Source: Gemmatimonadota bacterium
GTDB lineage: Bacteria > Gemmatimonadota > Gemmatimonadetes > Palauibacterales > Palauibacteraceae
NCBI GenBank assembly: GCA_963666735.1
Contig: OY762926.1
Coordinates: 2,976,001-3,040,000, forward strand
Length of the DNA: 64,000 nucleotides
Direction of reading: 5' to 3'
Part shown: piece after piece, positions 18,132 through 27,324 of the stretch
Numbering within the stretch: position 1 is the first letter of the stretch
How the letters are laid out: each line of letters starts with the position of its first letter
Notes under the pieces: generated by a model
What the model was told of the DNA's origin: nothing
The model's database searches: none
Seen by the model: the letters and a program-made list of their open reading frames with translations, nothing else
Translations under genes and position numbers: made by a program

Positions 18132-19672
18132 TGTCCCGCTTCTATCTTACGACGGCGATCGACTACTCGAACGGCGACCCGCACCTGGGACACGCCATCG
18201 AGAAGATCGGCGCCGACGCGATCGCCCGATACCGCCGCGCCCGCGGGGACGAGGTCCATTTTCTCATCGGCATGGACGAGCACGGGCAGAAGGTCCGGCA
18301 GGAGGCGGAAAAACAGGGATCGGACCCCCGGGAATGGGTGGACCGCATCGCCGAGGCCTTCCTGGATGTCTGGCAACGCCTGGGTCTGTCGCACGACGAT
18401 TTCATCCGGACGTCGGAGCCGCGCCACCACCGCGGCCTGACCGCGCTCATGAAGCGGATCGCCGCGAACGGGGACTTCCGCCGCTCGAAGTACGAGGGCC
18501 ACTACTGCGCCGGCTGCGAAGCCTTCAAGAAGGACGACGAACTGGCCGGCGGGCGCTGCCCGCTTCACCCGGGGCGCGAGGTCGAGTGGACCGAGGAGGA
18601 GAACTGGTTCTTCCGGCTCTCCGACTACCGGGACACGCTCCTCTCCCGCCTGCGGGACGACCCGGCGTCCGTCCGTCCCCGGACGCGCCGCAACGAGATC
18701 GCCCGGCTGCTGGAGTCCGGACTCGACGACATCTCGGCCTCCCGGGCGAGGATCCGCTGGGGCGTCCCCTTTCCGGGGGATGAGGAGCACACGGTCTACG
18801 TGTGGTTCGATGCGCTGTCGAACTACATCACGGCCATCGGCTATCCGGACGGCGACGCGTTCGGGAAGTTCTGGCCCGCGGACCTCCACATCATCGGCAA
18901 GGACATCACGCGCTTCCACTGCGTGTACTGGCCGGCCATGCTGCTGGCGGCGGGCGTGGCGCCGGCGAAGAGCGTGTGGGCCCACGGCTTCATCAAGATC
19001 GGCGGGGCGAAGCTCTCGAAGTCGGCGGGCACGGAACTCGGACTCGTCGAACTCATCGAGCGGCACGGGCCGGACGCGCTGCGGTACTTCCTGCTGCGGG
19101 AGGTGCCGTGGGACGGCGACCGCGACTACCCATCGACGGAGGCCTTCATCGAGCAGTTCGACCGCCGCTACACGTCGGACCTCGCGAACGACCTCGGCAA
19201 CCTCCTGAACCGCGTGGTCTCGATGGTCTCCCGGTACCGGGGAGGGGACGTGCCGCCGCCGCGGGGAGGCGCACTCGCGCAGAAGACGGCGCGGGCTCTG
19301 TCGGAGTACCACGCCGCGATGGACGGCTACCTGCTGCACCGGGGTCTGGCGGCGGCGTTCGATGTCGTGCGCGCGGCGAACGGATTCGTGGACGAGACGA
19401 AGCCCTGGGCGCTGGCCAAGGCGGAGCGGGGCGGGGACGGGGGCGCGGGCGGCGGCGCGGACACGGGCGCCCTCGACGGGGTCCTGTCCCAGCTCATCGC
19501 GGCGCTCGGCGCGGTGGCCGCGATGCTCGCTCCCTTCACGCCGGGGAAGGCGGCCGAACTCTGGCGGACCCTGGGGGGCGACGGCCCGCCGCCGGCTTTC
19601 GAGCACTTGGAACCGTCCGTGGCCGGGCTCCGCGCCGTGCGTCCGAGCGGCGTGCTCTTCCCGCGCCCCTGA
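18131..19672 (+). CDS. metG: Methionine--tRNA ligase (short form)
   Basis: YLTTAIDYSNG.PHLGH, YVWFDAL.NY, IGKDI.RFH and KLSKS motifs. Confidence 0.96.
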   Translation: MSRFYLTTAIDYSNGDPHLGHAIEKIGADAIARYRRARGDEVHFLIGMDEHGQKVRQEAEKQGSDPREWVDRIAEAFLDVWQRLGLSHDDFIRTSEPRHHRGLTALMKRIAANGDFRRSKYEGHYCAGCEAFKKDDELAGGRCPLHPGREVEWTEEENWFFRLSDYRDTLLSRLRDDPASVRPRTRRNEIARLLESGLDDISASRARIRWGVPFPGDEEHTVYVWFDALSNYITAIGYPDGDAFGKFWPADLHIIGKDITRFHCVYWPAMLLAAGVAPAKSVWAHGFIKIGGAKLSKSAGTELGLVELIERHGPDALRYFLLREVPWDGDRDYPSTEAFIEQFDRRYTSDLANDLGNLLNRVVSMVSRYRGGDVPPPRGGALAQKTARALSEYHAAMDGYLLHRGLAAAFDVVRAANGFVDETKPWALAKAERGGDGGAGGGADTGALDGVLSQLIAALGAVAAMLAPFTPGKAAELWRTLGGDGPPPAFEHLEPSVAGLRAVRPSGVLFPRP

Positions 19673-19673
19673 T

Positions 19674-19760
19674 CGCCCACAACCCGCCCACAACCCGCCC
19701 ACAACCCGGAACACTGCCTCCCGCAGCGGGTAAAACGTTGACACTGGTTGACACTGGTTG
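19674..19760. repeat. Short tandem repeats: (CGCCCACAACC)x3 and (GTTGACACTG)x2 containing TTGACA
   Basis: Read directly at 19674-19706 and 19737-19760. Confidence 0.85.
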
Positions 19761-19867
19761 CCCACCGCGACTAGCTTCATCGGTCGATGTTGCGGCTGCG
19801 GACGGGGTTGCCGCCGTTTCGCGGCGACCCGCCGGAAGTTCCTCTTTACTGGCAATGGCTGGATGAC

Positions 19868-20809
19868 TTGATAAAGCCTTCGTACTGGACGATACAGATA
19901 CTGCCCGGGAGTGGCGGGCGGGCGCGCAGCTATCGCGTGGAGAAGCGCCGCGCGAAAGCTGTCGGAGTCGTGGCGGCCGTGCTCCTGATGATGGCGTCCG
20001 CCTTCGTCGCCACCGTGCTGGGGCGGCAGGACGCGGCGGAGCAACTCGCGCGCTATCGAGCCGAGAACCGACAGCTGATCAGCAGCCTGCAGGCCATGGA
20101 GCGCCGCAGCGGACAGTTCAGCCGGGCGCTCGACGATCTCTCGGTGCAGGAACAGAGGTTCCGGATCGTCGCCGGCCTTCCGCTGCTCGATCCCGACGTC
20201 TACTCGGTAGGCGTGGGCGGTCCCGGCGGCGTCGACCCGACGAACGACGAGTTCTTCGAAATCGCCCCGGATCTGGCGCGGGAAGCCGGAGATGTGGCGG
20301 TCGACATCGAACAGTTGCTGCGGCGCGCGGACCTGCTTCGGAGCAGTCTCACCGAGGCGGCGGATTCCGTCGGCGTGCGGCGTGAGCGGTATCAGCGCAT
20401 TCCCTCGATCTGGCCGGTCATCGAGGAGGATTCCTGGCTTTCCTCCGGCTTCAGCCATAACCGGCTGCATCCGATGCTCGGACTCCGGCGCCCGCATACC
20501 GGGGTCGACATTTCGACCGATTTCGGCAGTTCGGTGATGGCGACGGGAGCGGGAGAGGTCACGTTCGCCGGCTCGAAGAGCACGTACGGCCGTATCGTCG
20601 AAATCGATCACGGCGACGGCTATGAGAGCCGCTACGCTCACCTGGGCCGCATCGCGGTTCGCGTGGGCGCACAGGTCCAGCGTGGCGACGTCATCGGGGA
20701 GGTCGGCATCTCCGGGATGGCCACGGGTCCGAATCTCCACTACGAGGTCTGGGTCAATGGCCGCGCCGTGAATCCGGTCGGCTACTTCCTGGACGGCTAC
20801 CGCCGCTAG
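19868..20809 (+). CDS. M23-family metallopeptidase (start uncertain)
   Basis: TM helix, coiled coil, HTGVD, YAHL and TGPNLHYEV motifs. Confidence 0.9.
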   Translation: MIKPSYWTIQILPGSGGRARSYRVEKRRAKAVGVVAAVLLMMASAFVATVLGRQDAAEQLARYRAENRQLISSLQAMERRSGQFSRALDDLSVQEQRFRIVAGLPLLDPDVYSVGVGGPGGVDPTNDEFFEIAPDLAREAGDVAVDIEQLLRRADLLRSSLTEAADSVGVRRERYQRIPSIWPVIEEDSWLSSGFSHNRLHPMLGLRRPHTGVDISTDFGSSVMATGAGEVTFAGSKSTYGRIVEIDHGDGYESRYAHLGRIAVRVGAQVQRGDVIGEVGISGMATGPNLHYEVWVNGRAVNPVGYFLDGYRR

Positions 20810-20865
20810 CAGGAGCTTCTTAGATTCCGCCCACTTATCCGGACACCCCAACTGGAGTTCGATTG

Positions 20866-21627
20866 ATGTCGAAGTTGCGCGTGGCTGTCCCGCTTCTTGC
20901 GATCCTCCCGTTGCTGGCCGCCTGTGGCAGCAGAATCACCGTGCAGGTGACGGCCGATGAGGCCGCGTCCGAGCTGGTGGATGACCTGGAAGTTCAGTTT
21001 ATCCCCTTCGATCGCGACTCCCTGTTCGCGGTCATCACCGGGCGGGCCGCGACGCCGGAGCCGGCGATCCCCGCGGATCTCGAACAGGCCTCCCTGACCG
21101 AACAGGACCTCCGGGACCGATGGAGCACGGCGGAGTCGAGTTGGAACAACGTCCGCGATTCCATGCGGGCGATCACCACCCAACTCGACAACCTCGACGA
21201 CCGCAGCAGGGAATACCGGGAACTGTTCGACCAGTTCGGCGATCTCGAGGATCGCGAACGGGCCCTGGACCGCCAGCGACAGGCGGCGTTCGACGAGTTC
21301 AACGAGATGCAGCTGGCCACCCAGCAGCGCGTCGACTCGATCTGCATCGTCATCGATTCCTGGGAGGAAGCGGCCTTCGCGGGGTATGGCGACCTGGAGA
21401 GCGATCTGCTCACGGCGCTGGGACGAGAGGTGCTGGCGGACACCACGGACGCCGATGGGGTGGCGTGGGCGCCGGCGTCCGGCGGGCCCTGGTGGGTCCA
21501 CGCACGGGTGAACACGGCGGCCGGCGAACTCTACTGGAACGTGATGGTCGACGAGGCTTCGTCGGACACGCTGCGGCTGGGGCCGGGCAACGCCGACCTG
21601 CGGCAGGGTGTGCGTCAGCGCTGCTAG
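20866..21627 (+). CDS. Hypothetical coiled-coil lipoprotein
   Basis: Lipobox LAAC; host-like codon usage. Confidence 0.75.
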   Translation: MSKLRVAVPLLAILPLLAACGSRITVQVTADEAASELVDDLEVQFIPFDRDSLFAVITGRAATPEPAIPADLEQASLTEQDLRDRWSTAESSWNNVRDSMRAITTQLDNLDDRSREYRELFDQFGDLEDRERALDRQRQAAFDEFNEMQLATQQRVDSICIVIDSWEEAAFAGYGDLESDLLTALGREVLADTTDADGVAWAPASGGPWWVHARVNTAAGELYWNVMVDEASSDTLRLGPGNADLRQGVRQRC

Positions 21628-21708
21628 GTCCTTACCGGCAAGACACGGGCGGCCTTCGCGCCGCGCGCAGCCCCGCGGGCCCCTGGCTGCCGGTTAGCAG
21701 GGGGACGC

Positions 21709-23886
21709 ATGGTCGATAAGCCGACGACGCTCAGGCTCGAGATCGACGCGGACAAGATCGCCTGGCTGATCTTCGACGCCCCCGACTCCCAGGTGAACCT
21801 CCTCACTTCCGAGGTGATGGGGCGCCTGGACCGCCATCTCACGGAACTCGAGTCGCGAATCGCCACCGGACATCCCATCGCGGTCGTGATCTGGAGCGAT
21901 AAGCCGGACACGTTCATCGCCGGCGCCGACGTGAACGAGATCGCCGGTATCGAGGACGAAGAGGACGGCAGGCGGAAGAGCGCCATGGGGCAGCGGATCT
22001 TCAGCCGGCTGGGACGGCTCGGGATCCCGAAGGTCGCCGCGCTTCGCGGCGCCTGCCTGGGCGGAGGCACGGAGCTCGCGCTGGCGTGTGACTGGCGCCT
22101 GGCCGCGGACACTTCCGCCACGACCATCGGCCTGCCCGAGATCAAGCTCGGATTGATTCCCGGGTTCGGAGGCTCGGTCCGGCTCCCCCGCCTCATCGGG
22201 ATTCGGCGGGCCCTCTCCATGATTCTCACGGGAAGGAGCCTCTCGGCCGCGCACGCGTATCGATACGGTCTCGTCGACCAGGTCTTCGACGAAACGGGCT
22301 TCCAGCATTCCGTCGCGCAGGTGGCCTTGGACGCCGTGCTCGGGCGGGTGGAGCGTGTGCTCCCGCATGCGACGGCGCGCGACCGCTTCCTGGAGAACAC
22401 CGGCCTGGGTCGGCGCCTTCTGTTTCGGGGCGCCCGAAAACGCGTGCGCAGCGCCTCGGGGACGCGCTACCCGGCGGCCCTGAAGGCGATCGATGTCATC
22501 GAGGAAACGCTGGACCTGCCGATCGATGAGGCACTCGCCATCGAGGCGGAGGCCCTCGGTGAAGTGGCAACGACGACCGTCTGCCGGAACCTCGTTCGGT
22601 TGTTCCGGGGAGGTCGCGCCGCGAACAGGACGTTTGCTCCGCAGATCGCGGCACAGCAGCGGGAGGTAGGGAAGGTCGCCGTCCTCGGGGCAGGCGTCAT
22701 GGGCGGCGGGATCGCCGAGCTAGCCGCCGCGCACGACCTCTCGGTCATCCTCAAGGACATTGACCGGGAGGCGCTCGATGTGGGACTGCGCCACGCACAC
22801 GAACTGCTCCGGAAAGCGGGCAAGCGGGGGATCATTGCGCCGGAGGAGGTGGGGCTGAAGTTCGCGCTCATCCACGGGACGCTCGACTACGAGCGCTTCG
22901 GCGAGGTCGACGTCGTCATCGAAGCCGTCGTCGAACGGCTCCATGTGAAGCAGCAGGTCCTTCGGGATGTGGAGGAGGAACTCCCCCCGCACGCCGTCTT
23001 CGCGACCAACACGTCCTCGTTGTCGGTGACGGAGTTGAGCGGGGCGGCCGCCAGGCCGGACCGGGTCGTCGGCCTGCACTTCTTCAATCCGGTGCACCGC
23101 ATGCCGCTCGTGGAGATCATCCGGGGGGAGTCTTCCTCGGATGCGGCGCTCGCCACGGCGTTCACGCTCGCGCGGCGGCTTGGCAAGACACCCGTGCTGG
23201 TCGCGGACCGGCCCGGGTTCCTCGTCAACCGGCTCCTCGCGCCCTACCTGAACGAAGTCGGGTTTTTGCTGAACGATGGCGCGGACGTGGTCCGCATCGA
23301 CCGGACGCTGAAGGAGTTCGGGCTGCCGATGGGGCCGTGCCGGCTGCTCGACGAAGTCGGTTTCGATGTCGCCGCGCACGCCGCGAAGGAGATGGCCCGT
23401 GCGTTCGGAGACCGCATGCGCCCCTCCGCGGCCCTGGAAACGCTCACGGGCCTGGGCCGACTCGGCAAGAAGAACGGCCGCGGCTTCTACACCTATTCGG
23501 ATCACGACGAGCGCGTGGACCGGGAGGTGGGCCGTGCCTTCGGCTCGGGGGGCGGCGGCGTGCGGCCCGAGGAGATCATCGATCGCTGCCTGCTGATTTC
23601 CGTGAACGAGGCGATGTACGCGCTGGAGGAAGGCGTCGTCGCGGGGCCGGGCGACGTCGACCTCGCGATGGTGATGGGCACCGGATTCCCGCCGTTCCGC
23701 GGCGGGCCGCTCGCGTGGGCGGAGTCTCGCGGAGCGCGGGCCGTGCGCGACCGTCTCCTCGAACTGCGGGAGCGGCACGGAGACCGCTTCACTCCGGCGC
23801 CGGGACTGGAAAGGCTCGCCGCCGCGGAGGCATCGTTCACGTCCGGCGCCTTGCGGCGGGACCCGGGGTCTCCGCCGGACATGTAG
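21709..23886 (+). CDS. fadJ: Fatty-acid oxidation complex alpha subunit (enoyl-CoA hydratase / 3-hydroxyacyl-CoA dehydrogenase), FadJ/FadB-like
   Basis: FIAGAD, LGGG.ELALAC, GLPEIKLG, GAGVMGGGIA, TNTSSL and HFFNP motifs. Confidence 0.9.
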   Translation: MVDKPTTLRLEIDADKIAWLIFDAPDSQVNLLTSEVMGRLDRHLTELESRIATGHPIAVVIWSDKPDTFIAGADVNEIAGIEDEEDGRRKSAMGQRIFSRLGRLGIPKVAALRGACLGGGTELALACDWRLAADTSATTIGLPEIKLGLIPGFGGSVRLPRLIGIRRALSMILTGRSLSAAHAYRYGLVDQVFDETGFQHSVAQVALDAVLGRVERVLPHATARDRFLENTGLGRRLLFRGARKRVRSASGTRYPAALKAIDVIEETLDLPIDEALAIEAEALGEVATTTVCRNLVRLFRGGRAANRTFAPQIAAQQREVGKVAVLGAGVMGGGIAELAAAHDLSVILKDIDREALDVGLRHAHELLRKAGKRGIIAPEEVGLKFALIHGTLDYERFGEVDVVIEAVVERLHVKQQVLRDVEEELPPHAVFATNTSSLSVTELSGAAARPDRVVGLHFFNPVHRMPLVEIIRGESSSDAALATAFTLARRLGKTPVLVADRPGFLVNRLLAPYLNEVGFLLNDGADVVRIDRTLKEFGLPMGPCRLLDEVGFDVAAHAAKEMARAFGDRMRPSAALETLTGLGRLGKKNGRGFYTYSDHDERVDREVGRAFGSGGGGVRPEEIIDRCLLISVNEAMYALEEGVVAGPGDVDLAMVMGTGFPPFRGGPLAWAESRGARAVRDRLLELRERHGDRFTPAPGLERLAAAEASFTSGALRRDPGSPPDM

Positions 23887-24954
23887 GTGGGTTTCGACCT
23901 CCTCGGGGCGCGGCGCCGCGCGCTGCGGGCCGCGCGCCGGATCCCGGAAGATGCGCCCCGCGTCGACGTGGAGGTTCGTCGCGGCAGCCACGTGCAGCGC
24001 TTTCGCCAGGAGTTGCTCGTGGACGGCCCGAAGTGGAAGGTCACGCTTCAGATCCTCGATGCGCGCTTCAAGCCGGTGAGGATCGACGAGGCCACGACCC
24101 TGCGGCCGGGCTCCCTCCTCATGTGGTTCCTTCGGCCGGGGCAGCCCTTCGAGGTCGGCGCCTTCTACCACCCCCGCGGCGCCTTCCAGGGCTACTACAT
24201 CAACCTGATCCGGCCTCCGCGACTGCAGTCCTCACCGTGGGTCATCGACGACCTTTACCTGGACGTGTGGCTGCCGGAGGGCGGGGGCGGCGTGTTGCTG
24301 GATGAGGACGAACTCGACGCCGCCGTGGCCCGCGCGGAGCTGTCGAGCGCGGAGGCGGACGAGGTGCGCGAACTCGGCGCGCGGCTGCTGGCCCGGTCGC
24401 GGGGCGCCGGACGTCCCCGGTGGTTGCCCCGCGGCGTGGGGAGGGCGCCCGCGGAATCCGTGCCGGCGCTCCGTCTGCGCCGGGACGCTCCGGGCACCTT
24501 CCATGCCGCGCGGATCTCGGGCCGCATCATCGCCTTCGGGCTCTACCTGCTGGGTGCGGTCTCCGCGACGTCCGCCGGTTTCGCCGCGTTCACCGACGCG
24601 TTCCTGATCGCGGGTCCGGCACAGAATGCCTGGCGGCTGACCGTAGTGGGCGAAGCGCTCGTCCTGGCCCCGCTCGCGTTCGGCGGCTGGCTGCCCGCGA
24701 CCCGTTGGCCGCAGCCGCCCCTCACCGACGAGCGCTCCCTCTTCATCGCGACGCTCGCTTCGGGACTCGCGGTGCTCGCGCTCAGCGAGCGCACGGACTG
24801 GGCCGGAGCGCTCCTCCCCGTGTACGCGACGCTGGGCCTCTTTTCGCTGGTCTTCGCGGTCTGCCGGTGGCGGTTCGACCGGGAAGTTCCGGTATACGCG
24901 CTCGCGGGCGTGACGATGACGCTTGTCGCGCTCGCCTTCCTGATCGCAACCTGA
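23887..24954 (+). CDS. DUF402-like domain fused to a multi-pass membrane domain
   Basis: GYYINL..P.....DDLYLDVW......LLDEDEL followed by about 5 hydrophobic helices. Confidence 0.65.
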   Translation: MGFDLLGARRRALRAARRIPEDAPRVDVEVRRGSHVQRFRQELLVDGPKWKVTLQILDARFKPVRIDEATTLRPGSLLMWFLRPGQPFEVGAFYHPRGAFQGYYINLIRPPRLQSSPWVIDDLYLDVWLPEGGGGVLLDEDELDAAVARAELSSAEADEVRELGARLLARSRGAGRPRWLPRGVGRAPAESVPALRLRRDAPGTFHAARISGRIIAFGLYLLGAVSATSAGFAAFTDAFLIAGPAQNAWRLTVVGEALVLAPLAFGGWLPATRWPQPPLTDERSLFIATLASGLAVLALSERTDWAGALLPVYATLGLFSLVFAVCRWRFDREVPVYALAGVTMTLVALAFLIAT

Positions 24955-25046
24955 CCGCACCGTGACCACACCGTGACGGCGCTCGCTCGCCCACCGGCGC
25001 ATGGTCGCCCGACACCGGCGACGGCCGCATCCCGTATGAGGAACGC

Positions 25047-25718
25047 ATGAACGATCGATCCAAACGAAGAGTCCGTTTCCTGGCCGCGTTCGTCGGCCTC
25101 TTCGCGGCCGTGTGGTTTCTCTGGGACACGCCCTTCGTGTATCCGGTGAAACTCTTCGTCGTCCTGCTGCACGAGATCAGCCACGGGCTGGCCACGCTGG
25201 CGACGGGGGGCCGGATCCTCGCCATCGAGGTGACGCCGCGCGAGGGAGGATTGTGCCGGTGTCCCGGCGGGAACGCGTTCCTGAGCCTGTCCGCAGGATA
25301 CCTCGGGAGTCTGCTGTGGGGCGGGCTGATGATCTGGGGCGCGGAACGCTTCCCGACGCTGAGTTCGTGGTTCTCCGCGGCCCTCGCCGTGATCGTGGGG
25401 GGCATGACGCTGTTCTTCGCGCAGCAGTCCTTTGCCGTCGCGTTCGGGCTCGCCTTCTCCGCGGCGCTGCTCGCGGTGGCCTGGAGGGCGAGCGCCGGGG
25501 TGAACCGCGTCCTGCTCACGGCGCTCGGCCTCACGAGTTGCCTCTACGCGGTGCTGGACATCAAGAGCGACATCCTCGACCGGCCGGAGTTGCGGTCGGA
25601 TGCCCGGATGCTGGCCGAACTCACCGGCGTGCCCACGCTCCTGTGGGGCGGGCTGTGGATCGCCGTCGCGCTGCTGTTCTGCTTCGTCCTGTTCCGCTGG
25701 GCCTGGCGGCGGGCGTAG
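25047..25718 (+). CDS. M50B-like membrane metallopeptidase
   Basis: LHEISHG, SAGYLG and SDA..LA..TGVP motifs; multiple TM helices. Confidence 0.85.
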   Translation: MNDRSKRRVRFLAAFVGLFAAVWFLWDTPFVYPVKLFVVLLHEISHGLATLATGGRILAIEVTPREGGLCRCPGGNAFLSLSAGYLGSLLWGGLMIWGAERFPTLSSWFSAALAVIVGGMTLFFAQQSFAVAFGLAFSAALLAVAWRASAGVNRVLLTALGLTSCLYAVLDIKSDILDRPELRSDARMLAELTGVPTLLWGGLWIAVALLFCFVLFRWAWRRA

Positions 25719-25755
25719 CAGTGCGCTGCGCCTGGCGGCTCCCGGCCACTGCCTG

Positions 25756-27174
25756 CTAACTGCCCGGGTCGCGCCGGATCCACTCCAGCGGCTCGTAGGC
25801 GCCGATGGGCCACGGGAAGACGACGGGACTCTCGTAGCCGTCCTCGGACACGCTGGCCACGCCGAAGAGGTAGTTGTCGATGACGATGTTCTCGAGCGTG
25901 TGCTCCGTCGCGTCGCCGGCGAAGACGCTCCACTGCCACTGCGGCGCGTCGGTGAGCCGCCAGTAGACGCGGTATCCCGCGAGGTTCGGGGCGTGCTCGG
26001 CGGGTACGGGGTCCCACCTCAGCGTCGTGGACGGCCGGACGGCGCCCTCGATCGCGACGTTCCGCGGCGGCGCGGGAGCCCACGCCATGGCGGCGAGCGA
26101 GATCGCGTTGACCGCCGTCAGCTTCGCGGCGAAATCGAACTCGACCTCGTCGATGACGTCGCCGTACTCGACCCCGTCTTCCACCCGGATGTCCTGGTGC
26201 TGGCGCCGGTAGTCCTCGTTCGCCTCCATGATCCGGACGGCGGGGAAGCCGGCGTCGTTGAACGGCCGGTGGTGCCCGCCGCGCCCGAACCGGTCCAGCC
26301 GGTACACCATCATCATGTCGAGATTCGGGACGTAGCCGTCGGCGAGGCGGTCGATGAGGCGGGCCAGGTTGCGCGACGGGGAGTCCACCTCGCCTCCGGT
26401 GACGCGCCGCCGCGCGGCGACCTGCTCGGTTTCGTCCGCCCGCGTGCCCTCGGCGAAGACGCGCGCGACCGTGTTGTCCGAGACGCCGTTCTGGCCTTCG
26501 ATGTTGCCGATCATGTCGTTGTTCAGCACCGCTTCGATGCGCCAGCCCTCGTCGAGCGCGACCCGGGCCATGTGCCGCCCGCCGAACAGCCCCTGCTCCT
26601 CGCCGGAGAGTCCCGCGTAGATGATGGATCCGTTGAACTCATACTGCGTGAGGACGCGCGCGGCCTCGAGGACGCCGGCCATCCCGGACGCGTTGTCGTT
26701 CGCGCCGGGGGCGTCGGAGATGCCGTCCAGCGCGTTCGATGCGCGCGAGTCGATGTCGCCCGACATCACGACGTAGCGGCCCGGGTCCGTCGTCCCCCGC
26801 TGGATCGCGAGCACGTTGACGACGGCCGTCGTGTCGGGGATGCGCGTCGTGCCTCCGACGAGGGAGGTCTGGTAGGAGACCTCGAGGCACCCGCCGCACG
26901 CGGCGGAGATCTCATCGAACTGCGTCTTGATCCAGCGCCGGGCGGCCCCGATGCCGCGGGTGTCGGACAGCGTGTCGGACAGCGTGTGACGCGTGCCGAA
27001 GCCCGCGAGCCGCCGGATGTCCGCCTCCACGCGAGCGGCCGAGACGGAGGCCACGATGTCCTGCAGCGCCGTGAGTTCCGCCTTCGGCGCCCGAGGTTCC
27101 TGGCCGCCCAGCGAGCGTGCCGAGACGGGCGCCGTCAGGGCGGTGGCGAGGACGATGATCGTGAGAGGCTTCAC
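25756..27174 (-). CDS. M28-family peptidase with C-terminal FN3-like domain
   Basis: Signal peptide; PGANDNASG, GEEQGL.G, LNNDMIG and RFGRGGHH motifs. Confidence 0.88.
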   Translation of the reverse strand: MKPLTIIVLATALTAPVSARSLGGQEPRAPKAELTALQDIVASVSAARVEADIRRLAGFGTRHTLSDTLSDTRGIGAARRWIKTQFDEISAACGGCLEVSYQTSLVGGTTRIPDTTAVVNVLAIQRGTTDPGRYVVMSGDIDSRASNALDGISDAPGANDNASGMAGVLEAARVLTQYEFNGSIIYAGLSGEEQGLFGGRHMARVALDEGWRIEAVLNNDMIGNIEGQNGVSDNTVARVFAEGTRADETEQVAARRRVTGGEVDSPSRNLARLIDRLADGYVPNLDMMMVYRLDRFGRGGHHRPFNDAGFPAVRIMEANEDYRRQHQDIRVEDGVEYGDVIDEVEFDFAAKLTAVNAISLAAMAWAPAPPRNVAIEGAVRPSTTLRWDPVPAEHAPNLAGYRVYWRLTDAPQWQWSVFAGDATEHTLENIVIDNYLFGVASVSEDGYESPVVFPWPIGAYEPLEWIRRDPGS

Positions 27175-27324
27175 GGGTCGCTCCGGAGATGAGGTCGTAT
27201 CGCCGTCGGGCCGATATCTTATCGAGATGCTGGCCCGCGGACAGCGGGCCGGTTAGCGTCGCGTGTCTCTCGGCGCCGTCCGGCGGCAATTCCTCACCAC
27301 CCAACCACCCTGAGCGGTCGACCC

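Noticed and set aside
19674..19760. CRISPR array
   Set aside because: Repeats are 10-11 bp, directly abutting, with no spacers and no cas genes. No CRISPR array was seen anywhere in the window.
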